A DNA stretch of 64,000 nucleotides from Macrostomum hystrix (Eukaryota > Animalia > Platyhelminthes). The notes beneath the pieces are model-generated. The model searched no databases. It saw nothing but the letters and a program-made list of their open reading frames with translations, and was not told where the DNA came from. Shown in pieces: positions 23,776-36,357 of the stretch (its first letter is position 1; every line of letters starts with the position of its first letter). The stretch is from the NCBI GenBank assembly GCA_950097015.1, contig CATNEN010000038.1, positions 9,300,001 through 9,364,000 of the forward strand. Reading direction: 5' to 3'. Both the position numbers and the translations under genes were made by a program.

Positions 23776-24077
23776 TATAAGTCAAGGTGGAACGCCGGAA
23801 TAAATTTTGGAGGGACAATCTATGCGCCGTCTGTGCGCCATCTATGTGCTGTTTCTGTCCCCTAACCCTGACCCTACATAGAAAAGCACTGTATGTTAAC
23901 CCTAAGGGTATACAATAAGGGTATATGACCCTATGTTACCCTTTGTGTGGGCCACGCTTATGCACCAATGTGCGCCGAGACCCTTTGTGTGCACCATGCT
24001 TGTGCGCCAATGTGCACCGAGACCCTAGGCCTAGTGCGCGGGAATTTTCCTCCTCAGAGGCCACCTTCCTGACTATG
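23776..24077. mobile_element. MITE with 9-10-bp TSD (Mutator-like by TSD length)
   Basis: Direct repeat gcactaggtc at 23766-23775 and 24078-24087; imperfect TIRs tataagtcaaggtgg / ccaccttcctgactatg. Confidence 0.65.
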
Positions 24078-26285
24078 GCACTAGGTCAGCATGTGAGAAC
24101 TTGGCTCATCATGTGCAACATACAGGCACAGCAGCCAGTGCAATCCCAACTTCCCAAGCAAGGATATGGATATAGGCTAATTATATAATTGGCCAAATAA
24201 TATATTAGAGATAGTCACAGAAACGACAGGAAAGCCCTTTTTAACAAAGCAAAAGCACGTAGAGACGTAGAGTTAATTTCTTTGTAGGGCCTATTCAATT
24301 TCAGTTATTCCAAATCAAAAATATTTCTACTGTCTTTAAAAATCAATATGCTGCACGCATCAATACGTCGTGCGTATAGTCCTGTTTTGAAGGGACCCGA
24401 TTTTGAAGGAATCATGAAACATATAGTTCATAATTGTCTTTAGCTTTGCCTAGTTACCTGATTTACCTTGCCTAGTTACCTGATTTACCTTGCCTTGTTA
24501 CCTGATTTACCTATAGCAAAATTTCACTCGATCTATTTCTTTTATTTTTATTGAACCAAAACTTCGGACCTTCTAGAAATTTTTAAATTCTAAATTTCTA
24601 TTTTTTACTTTTATATTTATATTTTAATATAATATAGAAATGTTTTAATACAAGAAAATATATACAGCAGTAGAGCCCCCACAAGGGCTGACCTGCAGTC
24701 CAGATTGGACAAGGCCGTTTAACAAACAATTGTCTTTAGCTTCGCGTGTAAACGAATTAATTTGGACCGGATTGACATATATTCACATTCACATTCAAAC
24801 AAGGGCGTTGTAGCTTTGAAAATAACAATTTAATTGCAGCTATTAACAGATTTTCAGATGTAACTAAGAAAAATGTTAAATAAAAAATAATGTAATTTTG
24901 TCAATTCGTCAACGAATTCGGCAATCTTTAAAGTTTGCTCAAATCTCTTAGTGTATTTTCTTGTAATTTCAAAACTGCACTTATACTGCAGCAGTCGCAA
25001 TGAAAATTGACGAAAACTCTGATATGCAACCGAGTTAATTAGATGTGTAAAATTTCGGACTGATTCATCAAAGCGTCTGCGATTTATAAACACACTATGG
25101 AGATACAAAACGAAAAAATATATTATATGTGTATTCAATTTATTAAATGTGGTAAAAATATAATTCACCGATTCAAATGTTGTTTTTTTAACTGCAATGC
25201 TAAGAATTTATCTAAAAATATTCGGAGTGGTAATTGGCCTTTTCCCGTGCTTCTTTGATATCACTGCATTTCAAAAACGATTAAGTTTGGTTCGGTCCTT
25301 GCCTGGCCGCGATCGGTTGGTTGCTTTGAACATGTATATAATGAATGTGTTTGAGTATATTTATTAACCGAAACGAAAAGAGCTGCAAGCGAGACTATTC
25401 AAATTTGTATTATCTACGAGTATATATTTATGCAATAAAACTACGGCTTTTGTGTGCCGCTTTTACTAGATGTTCCATGTTCTAGCTAGCAATGGGCTTC
25501 AGCGCCAAAAATGTCTCGTGGCGTTGTACAAAATTGACGGTCGACATCGTCTGCACTGCCTAGAATCAACATAGCAGTCCATCATCGCTTCGACCACGAG
25601 GCCGACGCGATCGCTGCGCCAATACTTAAGCAGCTGCCGTTGAGCGCCCTCAATATAACGAGAGGACGTCAGGTATAGGGCAAGTCATCAGTGATCTAGT
25701 CTAGCCAACTAGCACACCAAGAGCCGGCTATTCCGGCCGGTGTTTGCAATGGCATCTGCCCAATCGTGATCATCAACGTTGCAGTACGAACCCATCAAAG
25801 GATGAGCAGTTAGTTGCAGCACCAAGCACCTGGTGCAGTAGTCAAGCACCCGGCAACATACGAGCTATAATGTGTAGGCTCTGCTCTTCGTATCACAGCT
25901 ATAGCACGCCATTGCGGAGATGTTTCTAGCAGATGGTAAAACACGCGGACTACAGCTCGTGACCAAATGCTCGAGTCAAATGCCAACTACACTATGCATG
26001 AGTTAAATAGGAGACGAAAATCAGGTTTAACTGCCGATTCCGCGCCTGATCCTATATAAATCATTCGAAAGATCAAAGGAAAAAACGAACTTGAATGTCT
26101 ACATTAGAAGCCAGTATACTTGCCCACTATACCAGTAGCAGCTGAAGTAACAGTTCACAATAATCGTAGAACGTCATCTGCAGCAATTCAAATTACAGTA
26201 AATTATTATTCGCAACTTCCAGTCAATTATCTGCAATTCACAATAATTTAAGTGAATTACAGTTTAGTTTTTGCATTTACTAAAT

Positions 26286-26580
26286 GAGGTTGTAGCCTTG
26301 TGGTAAGAGCGTCGGACTCACGATTTGAAGGTCGGGGGTTCGATTCCTGACTCCCACTGGAACAATTTGTGTCCTTAAGCAAGACACTTAACTCTGCAGT
26401 GCTTCAGTTCACCCAGCTGTTAAATGGGCGCCAGCATTAGCTGGGATAACTGAAGGTGGGTGTGTCGTCCCCCAGTCCATGGACTGAACAGCCGTACGCA
26501 GCCTTCAGATGCGCCGCGCAATGGCTGCGGCTGTGCTGTCGGCTTTACATCTGGCCCAATCGGACAGGTGTAATCAATTA
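26286..26580 (+). mobile_element. SINE family B, full-length
   Basis: A/B boxes and CORE-like segment; near-identical to the 20180-20488 copy. Confidence 0.85.
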
Positions 26581-27638
26581 TTAGTCAATTATATATACTA
26601 TCTTTTTTGCTGGATAACAAAAACAATGCAGTACACTGATCCTTTTGCAGTTTTAGAAAAAAAGATTAATGAAACTACCAGAAAGGAGCTAACTTCTTAT
26701 AGTATTCAAGACAGTGCCAATAACAGGTGTCATTTGACTTAATTAGAGAAGCCCAGAAAATTGGAGCGCGGCTGATTTAAAAAAAGACGATGGACTAAAT
26801 TATGCATTGGCGGTAAAAAGCGCAAGAGTAAACTGCATGAGTAAACTGTTATCTGTCAAATCAAGAGACCCTATTCATTTTTAGCAACAAAAATGTTGTC
26901 ACTCTTATTTGCTGCAGCACTTACAGGTCGCAACATTCGTTCGCGTTTAATTACGGAATAAAAATTACTGAAGGCTATTTGACTCAGACAGTAAACAGCA
27001 AATCTCTCTCAGCTTTTTTAAGGGGATTAATTTTCTGACTGTTGGCCTAGCTAGCCTATACCCCGAAGCACAGAGTGCAAACTAGCTATAGTAAACTTAC
27101 AGCTCCAGTTGTATCAATTGTATCAATGATTCAATATACCCCGAATGCTTTTATATACAAGGTGGGATAAACTTTAAAGAGGCAAGTAAAAATTAAAATT
27201 TGACGTGCATCCGTTAAAAAAAACAAAAACGATAAAAACTAAACGATTAAAAAAAGTGGCCTTTAAAATACTTTCCATCGATTTTGAGTGTTGCGTTCTT
27301 CTACTTTAGCACTGGTAGTCTTACTAGTTTTCAGTTATTCTACGAGTAATTGTTTAATTTAGGGCTCGAAAAAGTTCAAAACAAAAGACTGGAAACAAAA
27401 AATATAACTAAACCAGTCTGGGACAGATTCATAAAAAGTCCGTGGACTGTGGGTGCCGCCACAGCAAATACTGCAGGTATAGCCACTTCTCATCTTGTTG
27501 AACTGAAACTATTAACTGAATTAACTGTCTTAGTCTAGAACAAAAATATGAGATTCGAACTCCTGACCTCTCGATCGGAAATTCAAAGCTCTAAAACCAT
27601 TCGTTTCCAGGTTTTTGTACTGTATAAATCGATATTGT

Positions 27639-28264
27639 TCACGAGCGATTGGAGCAGCAAAATAAGGTGAGAAATTCGCGTCGAAACGTTCGACTCGTGG
27701 CCAAGAAGACGGCAAAGTTGAGCATGGAGTCCACACCGATCAGCGTGTTGCTGATATGCTCGGTCAGCGAGTTCTCAAGACCCAGTAAAACGAAGATACT
27801 GCATGGTGTCTCTAACAGAACAAACAGGACAGCAACTGAGGCGATGGTGATAGTGGCCCTGAGCACAACGTTGCTGCTGTGACTGCTATGACTGCAGCTG
27901 TTGCCAGTCAGCAGGGGCTGCTGAAGGTGCTGACAATGCTGACTCCGGGTGGACTGGGACCTGAAATCACAGTGAAATCCGGCTTTTAGCTGCCGACCAC
28001 TTAGTCAGAAGTTCAAAATTCAAAATACTAGCCTTCAGAGGCTGCTGCAAAATTCATTGAACAATAAGCCTACCTTGTAACTGAGCAACGAAGCTGTTGC
28101 AACTGTTGCTGCTGCTGCTGCTCCTGCTGCTGCTTTTTTTGATGTTGTTTTGGTTGTTCCTGCTGCTGATATTGTTGTAGTTGTTGTTGCTGCTCCTGCT
28201 GCTGCTCCTGCTGCTGCTTTTTTTTATGTTGTTTTGGTTGTTGCTGCTGCTGATATTGTTGTAG

Positions 28265-28299
<35 letters not shown>

Positions 28300-29480
28300 C
28301 CCACTCTATGGACGGCGACTGACGCATGACTGATGGACCTCTGAGCGTCGCGTTACGCGTCCTGAAAGTCACGGAGACCGCTGCAGCGGCATTGGCGGAT
28401 CTGGGCGGGCTGGTCCTGTTCCATCGGTTGCGGGCCAGATCGGCGGCCATCACCAGCGAGGCGGCAAACACTAGCAGGCTGGGCACCGGCGCCTGCACGA
28501 TGATGACGAAGCGCAGCAGGTGCCGGCTGGGGGCGAAGGCGGCGTGAACCCGCAGGCCAGTGAAGACGACGCCCAGAGCTGCGCAGGCACAGAAGCACCT
28601 GAGAGGTGAGATCAGACGCTATCAATTAATATCCGCCCACCTGATTAGTAATTAGTGATTACTAGCGAAGCGAGTAGGCAGTTCAGCCTAACCTCCGTGA
28701 GTACACCCAAGGAAGATTAGAGATTTTCTCTAATCATGATTCGCAGTTTTATACGATGAAAATGAATCCTATAATTTAAATTTTCATGAGCTTGATCTTG
28801 ATCTTGCATTCTACGAGCGATGATCTGATATTGGAAGACCATTGAGTAACGTACTGATTTTAAACCAGCTCAAGGAAGCTTGCAGCCTTTTGGTTACAGT
28901 TAGAATCTCCCTGGTCCGCCACGCAACTATTTTGCTTAAGTGACTTTCTTTGATTTAGCTATAGGCGTTGAATGCCTTGGTAATTAAGAAAAAGAAACAA
29001 ATTGTGAGGGCTTAAGACGCACCTGGTGTAGAGCTTCTTGGTGAACAGCGTGCGAGCGGTGAACGGCCACAAGATGACGAAACAGCGGGCCAGAGTGAAC
29101 GCCGCGATCCACCAGTTTCTTAGAAACAGGCCGGCGTTCGAGGGAGCGAAAGTGGCCACGCAGAGCCACATGAGGCCGGATCCACCGCTGCCGACTTCAC
29201 CGGCTTCCATCGTGGCGTTGCCGCCGCCAACGGCAGGCGAAGGCGCCCCTTCGCAAACTCCACTGACAAGATTGCTGATCGTGAAGGCCAGGTGACTCAC
29301 GTCGAACAGGAACTCGCTGGCTGACAGAAGCAGCAGGCCGAGCAGCGAAGGAGCTCTCGACGCGGCGAATAGGCGACGGAACAGGTGCGTAGCGCACAGG
29401 TTGAAGCAGGTGGAGACGATATTAATGCACAGCTGGGTGCTGAGCCAGGCAAATCGAGAGTTGTCCGACGTCAGTTCCAT
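27639..29480 (-). CDS. Orphan rhodopsin-like (class A) GPCR, 434 aa, polyQ third intracellular loop
   Basis: Exons 29480-29023, 28598-28074, 27960-27639 (phase 2/2, 1305 nt). Seven hydrophobic segments; TM3 RNWW...FTLARC..ILWP, TM6 FVLLETP, TM7 DSMLNFAVF...SRTFRREF. Confidence 0.85.
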
Positions 29481-29950
29481 TGTTAAATTAGTAACTCCTC
29501 GTACCTACCACTTGAACGTTTTTGTTTAAAGAATGTGCTCAAAATTGTTAGAGACACTGTCAGAGCAACAGGAGCTGTAGCTAAGCAGCTGCATGAGTCC
29601 TTCGAGATAAGTGCGTATTCAATCCGTTTATATTTAATTTACACAGCTGCAACCAATCGCAGAGCAGAAGCTGCAGTTCGCCTTCAGGACATCAGCCAAT
29701 GGCCAAATTTTCTGTCGAATTTGCCAGCGGAGACCATCACACAGTCCAGCTCACATAGCTGACAGTTTTCACCCATTCTATATAAGAAAAAACCAAGGGA
29801 TAAAACTTCCTTTCTTGACACCGATGATGGCCTAATCCACTGATCCGTATCTCCTCCAATGGGTTGGGTTAACTTTGAAACCGATCGAAGTACTTATGTG
29901 AATAGACTGTATAGCATAGGAGGATTAATAAGCTATAAAAACAATCGCCT

Positions 29951-30311
29951 AGGGGGGTCGGTGGCAGAGCGGATAACGCGTTTGCCTCTCGCATCACGGT
30001 CCCTAAGTACGATTCCATGGCGAGGCCACATTTATTTGTGGCGCAGCCGCGGAGAGAAGGCCTGGGGGCTTGTCGTGCAATTTACGCCCTTGAGGGCCAA
30101 CCTCCAAGGCACAGTGAAATGTACACTGCCTGACGATGGGAAAGTCAGGGCAGATGTACACACCTGTGTGAGCGTGTGCCTGCGTGCGTGTGTGCTCAGG
30201 AGTCAGCAAAATGGGCAGAATTGCTTCCTCGCTGGCTGCGGGTCTAGTGTCACTAAGTGATGAGCCATTGCCCGCAGCCCTCCTGCAATTATTATTATTA
30301 TTATTATTATT
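29951..30311 (+). mobile_element. SINE family A, full-length
   Basis: tRNA-like head, (ATT)n tail, TSD atcgcct at 29944-29950 and 30312-30318. Confidence 0.88.
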
Positions 30312-30344
30312 ATCGCCTTGATCCGATCCAGATTTTAAAAGTAC

Positions 30345-30780
30345 AAAGATCTCCCAAAATATTCAACCAATCGCCATGAGATAATCCAGAACAATAAGGG
30401 CACACATTTCTCGGTCTATCCGATTAAACAACTTCCAGAATCACAAAACATCGGCATCGTCCAGATATTCGACCATTCGAAAAAACGTTGGAGTCTAAGG
30501 TGGCAGGAACCACAAATGTAGGCTTATTTCTTCTGCCCTCAACGTTTTACCATGTTTTATCATGTAACCATATCGGCTGTCCTTGGTAACTATTTTTCAG
30601 TAACCAAACTGTTGTTTTTTTCCTAACCAATATGGATTCACCAAAAAGTTTACACAGAGCAATCGTACTTGTTCTTGTCGCCGATGCTGACTCGGACGGC
30701 TTTGTAAGTCAGTTCATCGAAAAGGGCGGAAAAATATCATGTATATGGTGTACTTTCACGAAAATCGGTCATTCAGTTTG
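30345..30780 (-). mobile_element. Inverted partial copy of the 7482-8241 TIR element
   Basis: Reverse complements of cgattggttgaatatttt, agccgatatggttaca and aaagccgtccgagtcagcatcg. Confidence 0.65.
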
Positions 30781-31914
30781 AGAGCTGTCAAAGGCTGTGT
30801 AGAGCTGTTAAGTCCATGGACTGGGGTGGGTGCCACACCCCTCACATATCACAAAACGGTACATAGTGTTGACCCTGGAAAGCAACATCAGAGTTACAGA
30901 CACTCTCTAACCTCACTTCACTCTAACCTCAACACCTGCATATAGTCATCTATTTGGGTTGTATCAGCGTAGATTCAGCTCGATAATGTTGAACGATTTT
31001 TGTCTCGACCATCGCTGCAGTCGATTCCCTTCGAAGCAAGTTTTTTTCAGTTCGCTTGCAATGGACTGTATGAGCGATGGTAATATCCATCTACATTTCT
31101 TTTCCCGGCTTTAGAAATAATCTTTATCGACTCGTTTTCGCAAGCAACCCAAATTATAAATTATCTGCAGTTGCTTGTACACACTTGTGAGTAGTACACA
31201 AGCTTATACAGCTTCAGCGTTTACTTCTGATGGCCGATCAATAGCTCATATAGCTACATGAGGTTCCTTCAACATTGATCTCTAACACACATCAAAATGG
31301 TGTACCGACATACATTTCACTGTTGTGCAAAACGGTATTGAGTTTCGCTACAGTCGATCCACTTCTGTTTGCTGCAAGACTGCAGGAAGCCATGTGTACT
31401 ATGCTCATGTGTACTCCTGTGTAGCTATGAGCAACAAGACTTTGTAGCCCGACTAATTAAAAAGCAGCGTAGCTTCTGATCAGTATAACTGCCTGTCTGT
31501 CAGTAGTCCAGTGTGCGATATTAGGCAAGGCATACAGTGCAGTACACACTTAATTTAATTGCGTGGGATGCGGCAATTAATTGATCCTCAGTTGATTAAA
31601 GTTTTAAAAAGTGTCCTATTATTGATTTCCATACTGCATCCAGGAATGCCTTACGCTCGTAGCATACTTCCGCGAGAGACTGTTCAGCTCAAGTACGTCT
31701 AAGAGCACGCTTCGTCGAGCAGGACGGACACGAGCCTTGCGGGTCAGCGCGGCCAGGTTTGTTAATGCGGCCGGCGGCAACAAGCGTGCATGGCTTCTCC
31801 GCCGTCGCGAGACTCACGCCTACACAAATTTCATTCAGCTATTTTGGATAATCCGAGCATATTTACTCTTTCTTTATTCTCAATAAAGCCAGGATGACTG
31901 CTGATTGATGAGCG

Positions 31915-32070
31915 CGAGTGGCAGAGCGGTCTAGCACGTTTGCCCTTGTGCAATCATAGTGATTGCACAAGCGACAAACGTCGCTGAGCTCGATTCCGCG
32001 GCGAGGTAACATTCATTTGGGGCGCAGCCACGGAGAGAAGGCTTGCGGGGGCTTGTCTTGCAATTTACGG
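31915..32070 (+). mobile_element. SINE family A 5' fragment
   Basis: gtggcagagcggt...gagctcgattccgcggcgagg...gcagccacggagagaaggctt. Confidence 0.7.
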
Positions 32071-33760
32071 ATTAAGAAGTGGATGAAACGAATATTTATT
32101 GCATCGTTCATGAAATCAACATAGTCGTGAAAAAACATGTGACACGGAATGTTAAGACGAACAGTACGTCAGTACTAATTGAAGGGATAAAAACACGAGC
32201 AGAACTCGCTTATAACTTGGCTTTCACCGGAATTTATTGTTTCCGCTGACAGTTTTCTCTAGAAGAAAGGGCATGCAGCAGCCGCGACTGGAATAATAAG
32301 TCAGCCCGCCATGGCTGATTTGCATTTTCGCACGAGCGGCTTGCGAGAGGAAACTGCGCGAATGTTGGACGGCAATACACTAATATAATAACACAGCTCT
32401 GTGAGCTCAACGGTTGAGTAGTTCATTGATCAGTAATTAATCACTATGATTGTGTAACTTATTCACTGTAACTTTGATTACAGTTCCATGTGTTCTAACA
32501 TTAGGTTCTAATATGTCTTCGATTAGCAATCAAGTATTGTCACAAGGAGAGCAAGATCGATTCCTGTTTAGTTTCAAACATTAGCTCACATGGCCTTGCC
32601 GGATTAACATTAGGTTGAGCCAAGCCATTGTGCCGCCCGCTTTTATACCAAAGGAGGACGAATTCCATCCCATAAAGAAATTTTTCTCAGTGCCTGAATG
32701 CTAACAGCGTTAGGTGGTGACTATTGGTTGACAGACAGCGATAGCGTCCCGTTGGAGAGCTGCGCCTATTACGAGCGTATTTAGGCTCGTTCAGTGAATT
32801 TGGAGAAATTCGCGTCAGGGTGTCCATAGTGGCCTATTTCCACCAGTTGTAGCCCTTGAAGGTCCAGCAGTCTGTCTAAGTAAGGTGGCTGACCACCGAA
32901 GACGAAGATGATGCAGGCACATTCGGGTGGCATGCTGATAAATTTTGAAGGCCTGGCAAGGCCGCACTGAGGCGCAGTGCTTATTCGTGTATAGGGGTGT
33001 ATGAAATACACTAGCGCTTATGGGAAAAATCAGACCTTCGGCCAGAACCGTTGAATATCCCGACGCTCTGAAGAGCTGGTGACTTGATTCTTTCAGAAGA
33101 TGCGCAACAAAAAGTTGGTCCGAGTTCTTGAGTTTCGTGTGCTTGCGCTGCTCCGTTCGTGTGCAGCACAAAAATGTCAGTGGGAAACCCCCAACTGGTA
33201 CCTAGTTCAACTGTCGTTAGTCCGAACAGTCTTCGGACTCCTACAGACTCGGACACATTCAAAGCAATCGTCCTGCATCAAGTGTATCGTGTGTACTCCG
33301 ACTAGTCAGTGATGATTGGTGAAAATTTCTGATTGGTTAATCCAATGCCGAGAATCATTATTCGGAGCCTTTTGACTTTAGAGAGCGCTTTCAAAATTCA
33401 CTGAAAATCTAATTACTTAGGTTAATAAAAATAAAAAAAGGATTCAATAACGAAGGATAATCTAACATTGTCGAATTTATGAGCAGAAGTTCACACAATG
33501 CAACTTGTGTATTTGCATACTGTGCAAGCGTATTTTCATGGACAGTAATAAGGTTTATAAAATTGTACTTAACGAGCAGTGAATGCTTCTGTTGTGCACC
33601 CATTGCTTCGAAGTCTTGTCTGACATCCTCAAACTAAAATCGACAAAGCAGGTAACAAAAGAGAATTACTATAATTATCCTGAATAAATTTTGTAATGCA
33701 ACTAACTAGTTGTCGAAAACAGACAGCAAATACCTAATTGATGAGCTAATGAGCACAGCC

Positions 33761-34285
33761 TCAGACCTCCTTGACCTGCTGCACCTCAGGAGACCGGTGA
33801 CTGCCGTCGCAGTATGGCGGATTTTTTGTCCGCTTGCACTGGCACAGCCACACGGACTTGTCCTCTTCCAGGCAGATCTTCAGAGGCCTGTAGTTGGGAT
33901 AATGGACTGAGTAGTGGCCGGCATCCACCAGCTTGTTCACCCGCTTGTGATGCCCGTCACACAGTGGCTGAGAATGAGACAGGCCGCAGGTGCACCACCA
34001 GTACACCTTGCCGGCCTTGGCCTCAAACCGAAACGGCTTCGTCTTCTGAATCATCGGCGGCCTATTGAAGCTCGGCGTCGGCTTGTAGCGGGGCGTCTCC
34101 GGGTGAGGCCTGGGCAGCCGGTCGCCCGTGTTGACGTCGAAGCGCTCGTGAAAAGGCAGAACTAGCGAGCCGGGCATGAGGAAGCGGCCCCATCGGACCG
34201 GCTGGCCGCACAGACCCGACCGGCCAACGCTGCTGCTGCTGCCGCTGATGCTGCCTGACAGTGGAAGCAGATTACGGAGCAGCAT
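33761..34285 (-). CDS. CISD3: CDGSH iron-sulfur domain protein 3 (mitochondrial MiNT)
   Basis: Two CDGSH domains (WCTCGLS..QPLCDGHH; LCQCKRT..PPYCDGSH) and an Arg/Ser-rich N-terminal presequence; single exon. Confidence 0.92.
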   Translation of the reverse strand: MLLRNLLPLSGSISGSSSSVGRSGLCGQPVRWGRFLMPGSLVLPFHERFDVNTGDRLPRPHPETPRYKPTPSFNRPPMIQKTKPFRFEAKAGKVYWWCTCGLSHSQPLCDGHHKRVNKLVDAGHYSVHYPNYRPLKICLEEDKSVWLCQCKRTKNPPYCDGSHRSPEVQQVKEV

Positions 34286-34309
34286 CTGGCTTCAAGGTGC
34301 TGGTTGCTG

Positions 34310-34615
34310 CAATAACAATGAAAATAATTGCAGAAGGGCTGCGGACAATAGCACATTATTTGGTGACACTAGACACGCAGCCAAAGAGGAGGCAATTCTG
34401 CCCCATCTCGCTGACTCCTGAGCACACGCTCACTTTCTCATCGTCAGGCAGTGTACACTCTCACTGTGCCTTGGAGGTTGGCCCTCAAGGGCGTAAATTG
34501 CACGACAAGCCCCTCTAAGCCTTCCTTTCGTGACTGCGCCCCAAATAAATGTGGCCTTACCGCGGAATCGAACCTTGGTGCGAGAGGCAAACGAGTTAAC
34601 CGCTGTCACACACAC
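34310..34615 (-). mobile_element. SINE family A directly upstream of CISD3
   Basis: Family A head and body with an internal deletion; degenerate tail ends about 25 nt before the CISD3 ATG. Confidence 0.8.
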
Positions 34616-36164
34616 CCCTGCTATCTGCTGCAAGGCAACTACTTATTTGTACTTCTACGCTAATATCGTCTATACTAATTTCTAGGGGAGCTAAGGGGCG
34701 CAGTAGAACTCTGGCGAGGGTCAACCCTTACTGAAAAAGTCAGTGCAAATGTACACCCCCTGCGTGAGTGTGTTCTCATGGGTCAGCGGAATTGGTAGCA
34801 TTGCCTCCTCGCTTGTTGCGGGTTTAAAACTGCACTAATGAAGAAAATGATAAGAAAAGGAAAATAAAAAAACGACCAGAGGAAATATTAGGCCACTATA
34901 AACAAAAATGGTGGCAATCCTTAGTCGATGGGAATAGCCCGACAGACAAGGCGGGGGTTAAGATCCATTGATCAACAGTCCCATAGGCCCAGAAAATTAT
35001 GCATACTTATGAAGTGGCCAAGCTAGAAGCAGTTTGGAATGCAATCACATTCATAATCTGAAACCGACAAAAAGAAGCGAGCCTTGACTGTTGCGCCTAT
35101 CAGATAAGTGCCACGGATACGAATGAGCCAATCCGTAAACAAGCCTGAAAGACAGCGCGAAAAATCTACTAGCGCTGTCGAGCCAACACAAAAGTACAAA
35201 AGCCAGTCTGTTGAATATCTAACAGGATCTCACAAGAACTATATGGGAAACAAAAACACACTTCCGCTACTGCAAGAAGCAATTTCTAAGCACTGAGGCG
35301 GCAAGGACAAGCTACTCTATGACGTCATGCACGAAACGGAAGGACAGAATAAAAACAAGCGATGGAAATCTAGATAAAAAAACGGGAATTCATACTCAAC
35401 ACTGCTCAGGGCTATCCTTTACAGTTGCGCTCAGTTTAGACAATGGGCAAAGCTTCTCTTTAATACAACTAGATTATTTGTTAAAATTTCTCTAGCAATC
35501 CCTAGCAGTCCATTGCATTCGGCTAGGTTAGAAATTTGGGTGGGTGTACGGGCTTCCAGTCCACGGACTGAACATATGTACACAGCCTTTTTAAATCTGT
35601 GCCGTAGGCTTTAAATATAGTATAACAAAGCCATAATCACGTAAACTCGTGTTAAGTTCATAGCGCTACTAGAAAGTTCACTGATTTTCTCAAATGAAGG
35701 TTGAGAAAAAACTTGCACATGGAAAATAAAGAAATCGAACTTCACTTGGTACAAAGCAGGGGCAAAACTAAACGAACTGGAAAATAAAGTTGACAGCTAA
35801 TATAAAATGGACTCTAGGCAGTCGCTGCCTAGGAAATTGGCTTGCGAAATTGCACAGCGAGCAATTAAAGAACTAGGAAAGGATTAGGAAAGGACTAGGA
35901 AAGGACTAGGAAAGGCTACTCGAGTGGAAGCAGAGGAAAATGAAGTCAAGCAAAGTCGATATATGGATTGGCTGTAAAGTGCGAGCGGCCATAGAAGTCC
36001 TGGAGACTGGAAAGTGAAAGACGGAAATGGGGCACGCGCGATGCCAGATAATCTGGGAGGCTGGGGCACAACTACAAGGATGAAGCTGGTTGGCTGGTCT
36101 GAGACACAGCAGCTAGACAGAGGGTCCATCAATGTCGCAAAATCGTTGTAAAATTTTACATGGA

Positions 36165-36357
36165 GGGTGAGTGGCTGAGCAGTTCGCCTCATGCTCTAAA
36201 GGTTCCTGAGCTCGATTCCGCCGCTAGAAGGCTTTGGGGCTTGTTGTGCTATTCAGGGCAGATGTACACACCTGTGTGAGCGTATGCCTGCGTACAGTAT
36301 CTGTGTGCGTGTGTGCTCAGGAGTCACCAAATGATGTGCCATTTCCCGCTGCCCTAC
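36165..36357 (+). mobile_element. SINE family A, deleted copy
   Basis: gagctcgattccg...cagggcagatgtacacacctgtgtgag...gtgtgctcaggagtca. Confidence 0.7.

Noticed and set aside
26286-26360. tRNA gene (CAC in anticodon-loop position)
   Set aside because: Continues into a CORE-like body and has multiple diverged copies, so it is a SINE head.
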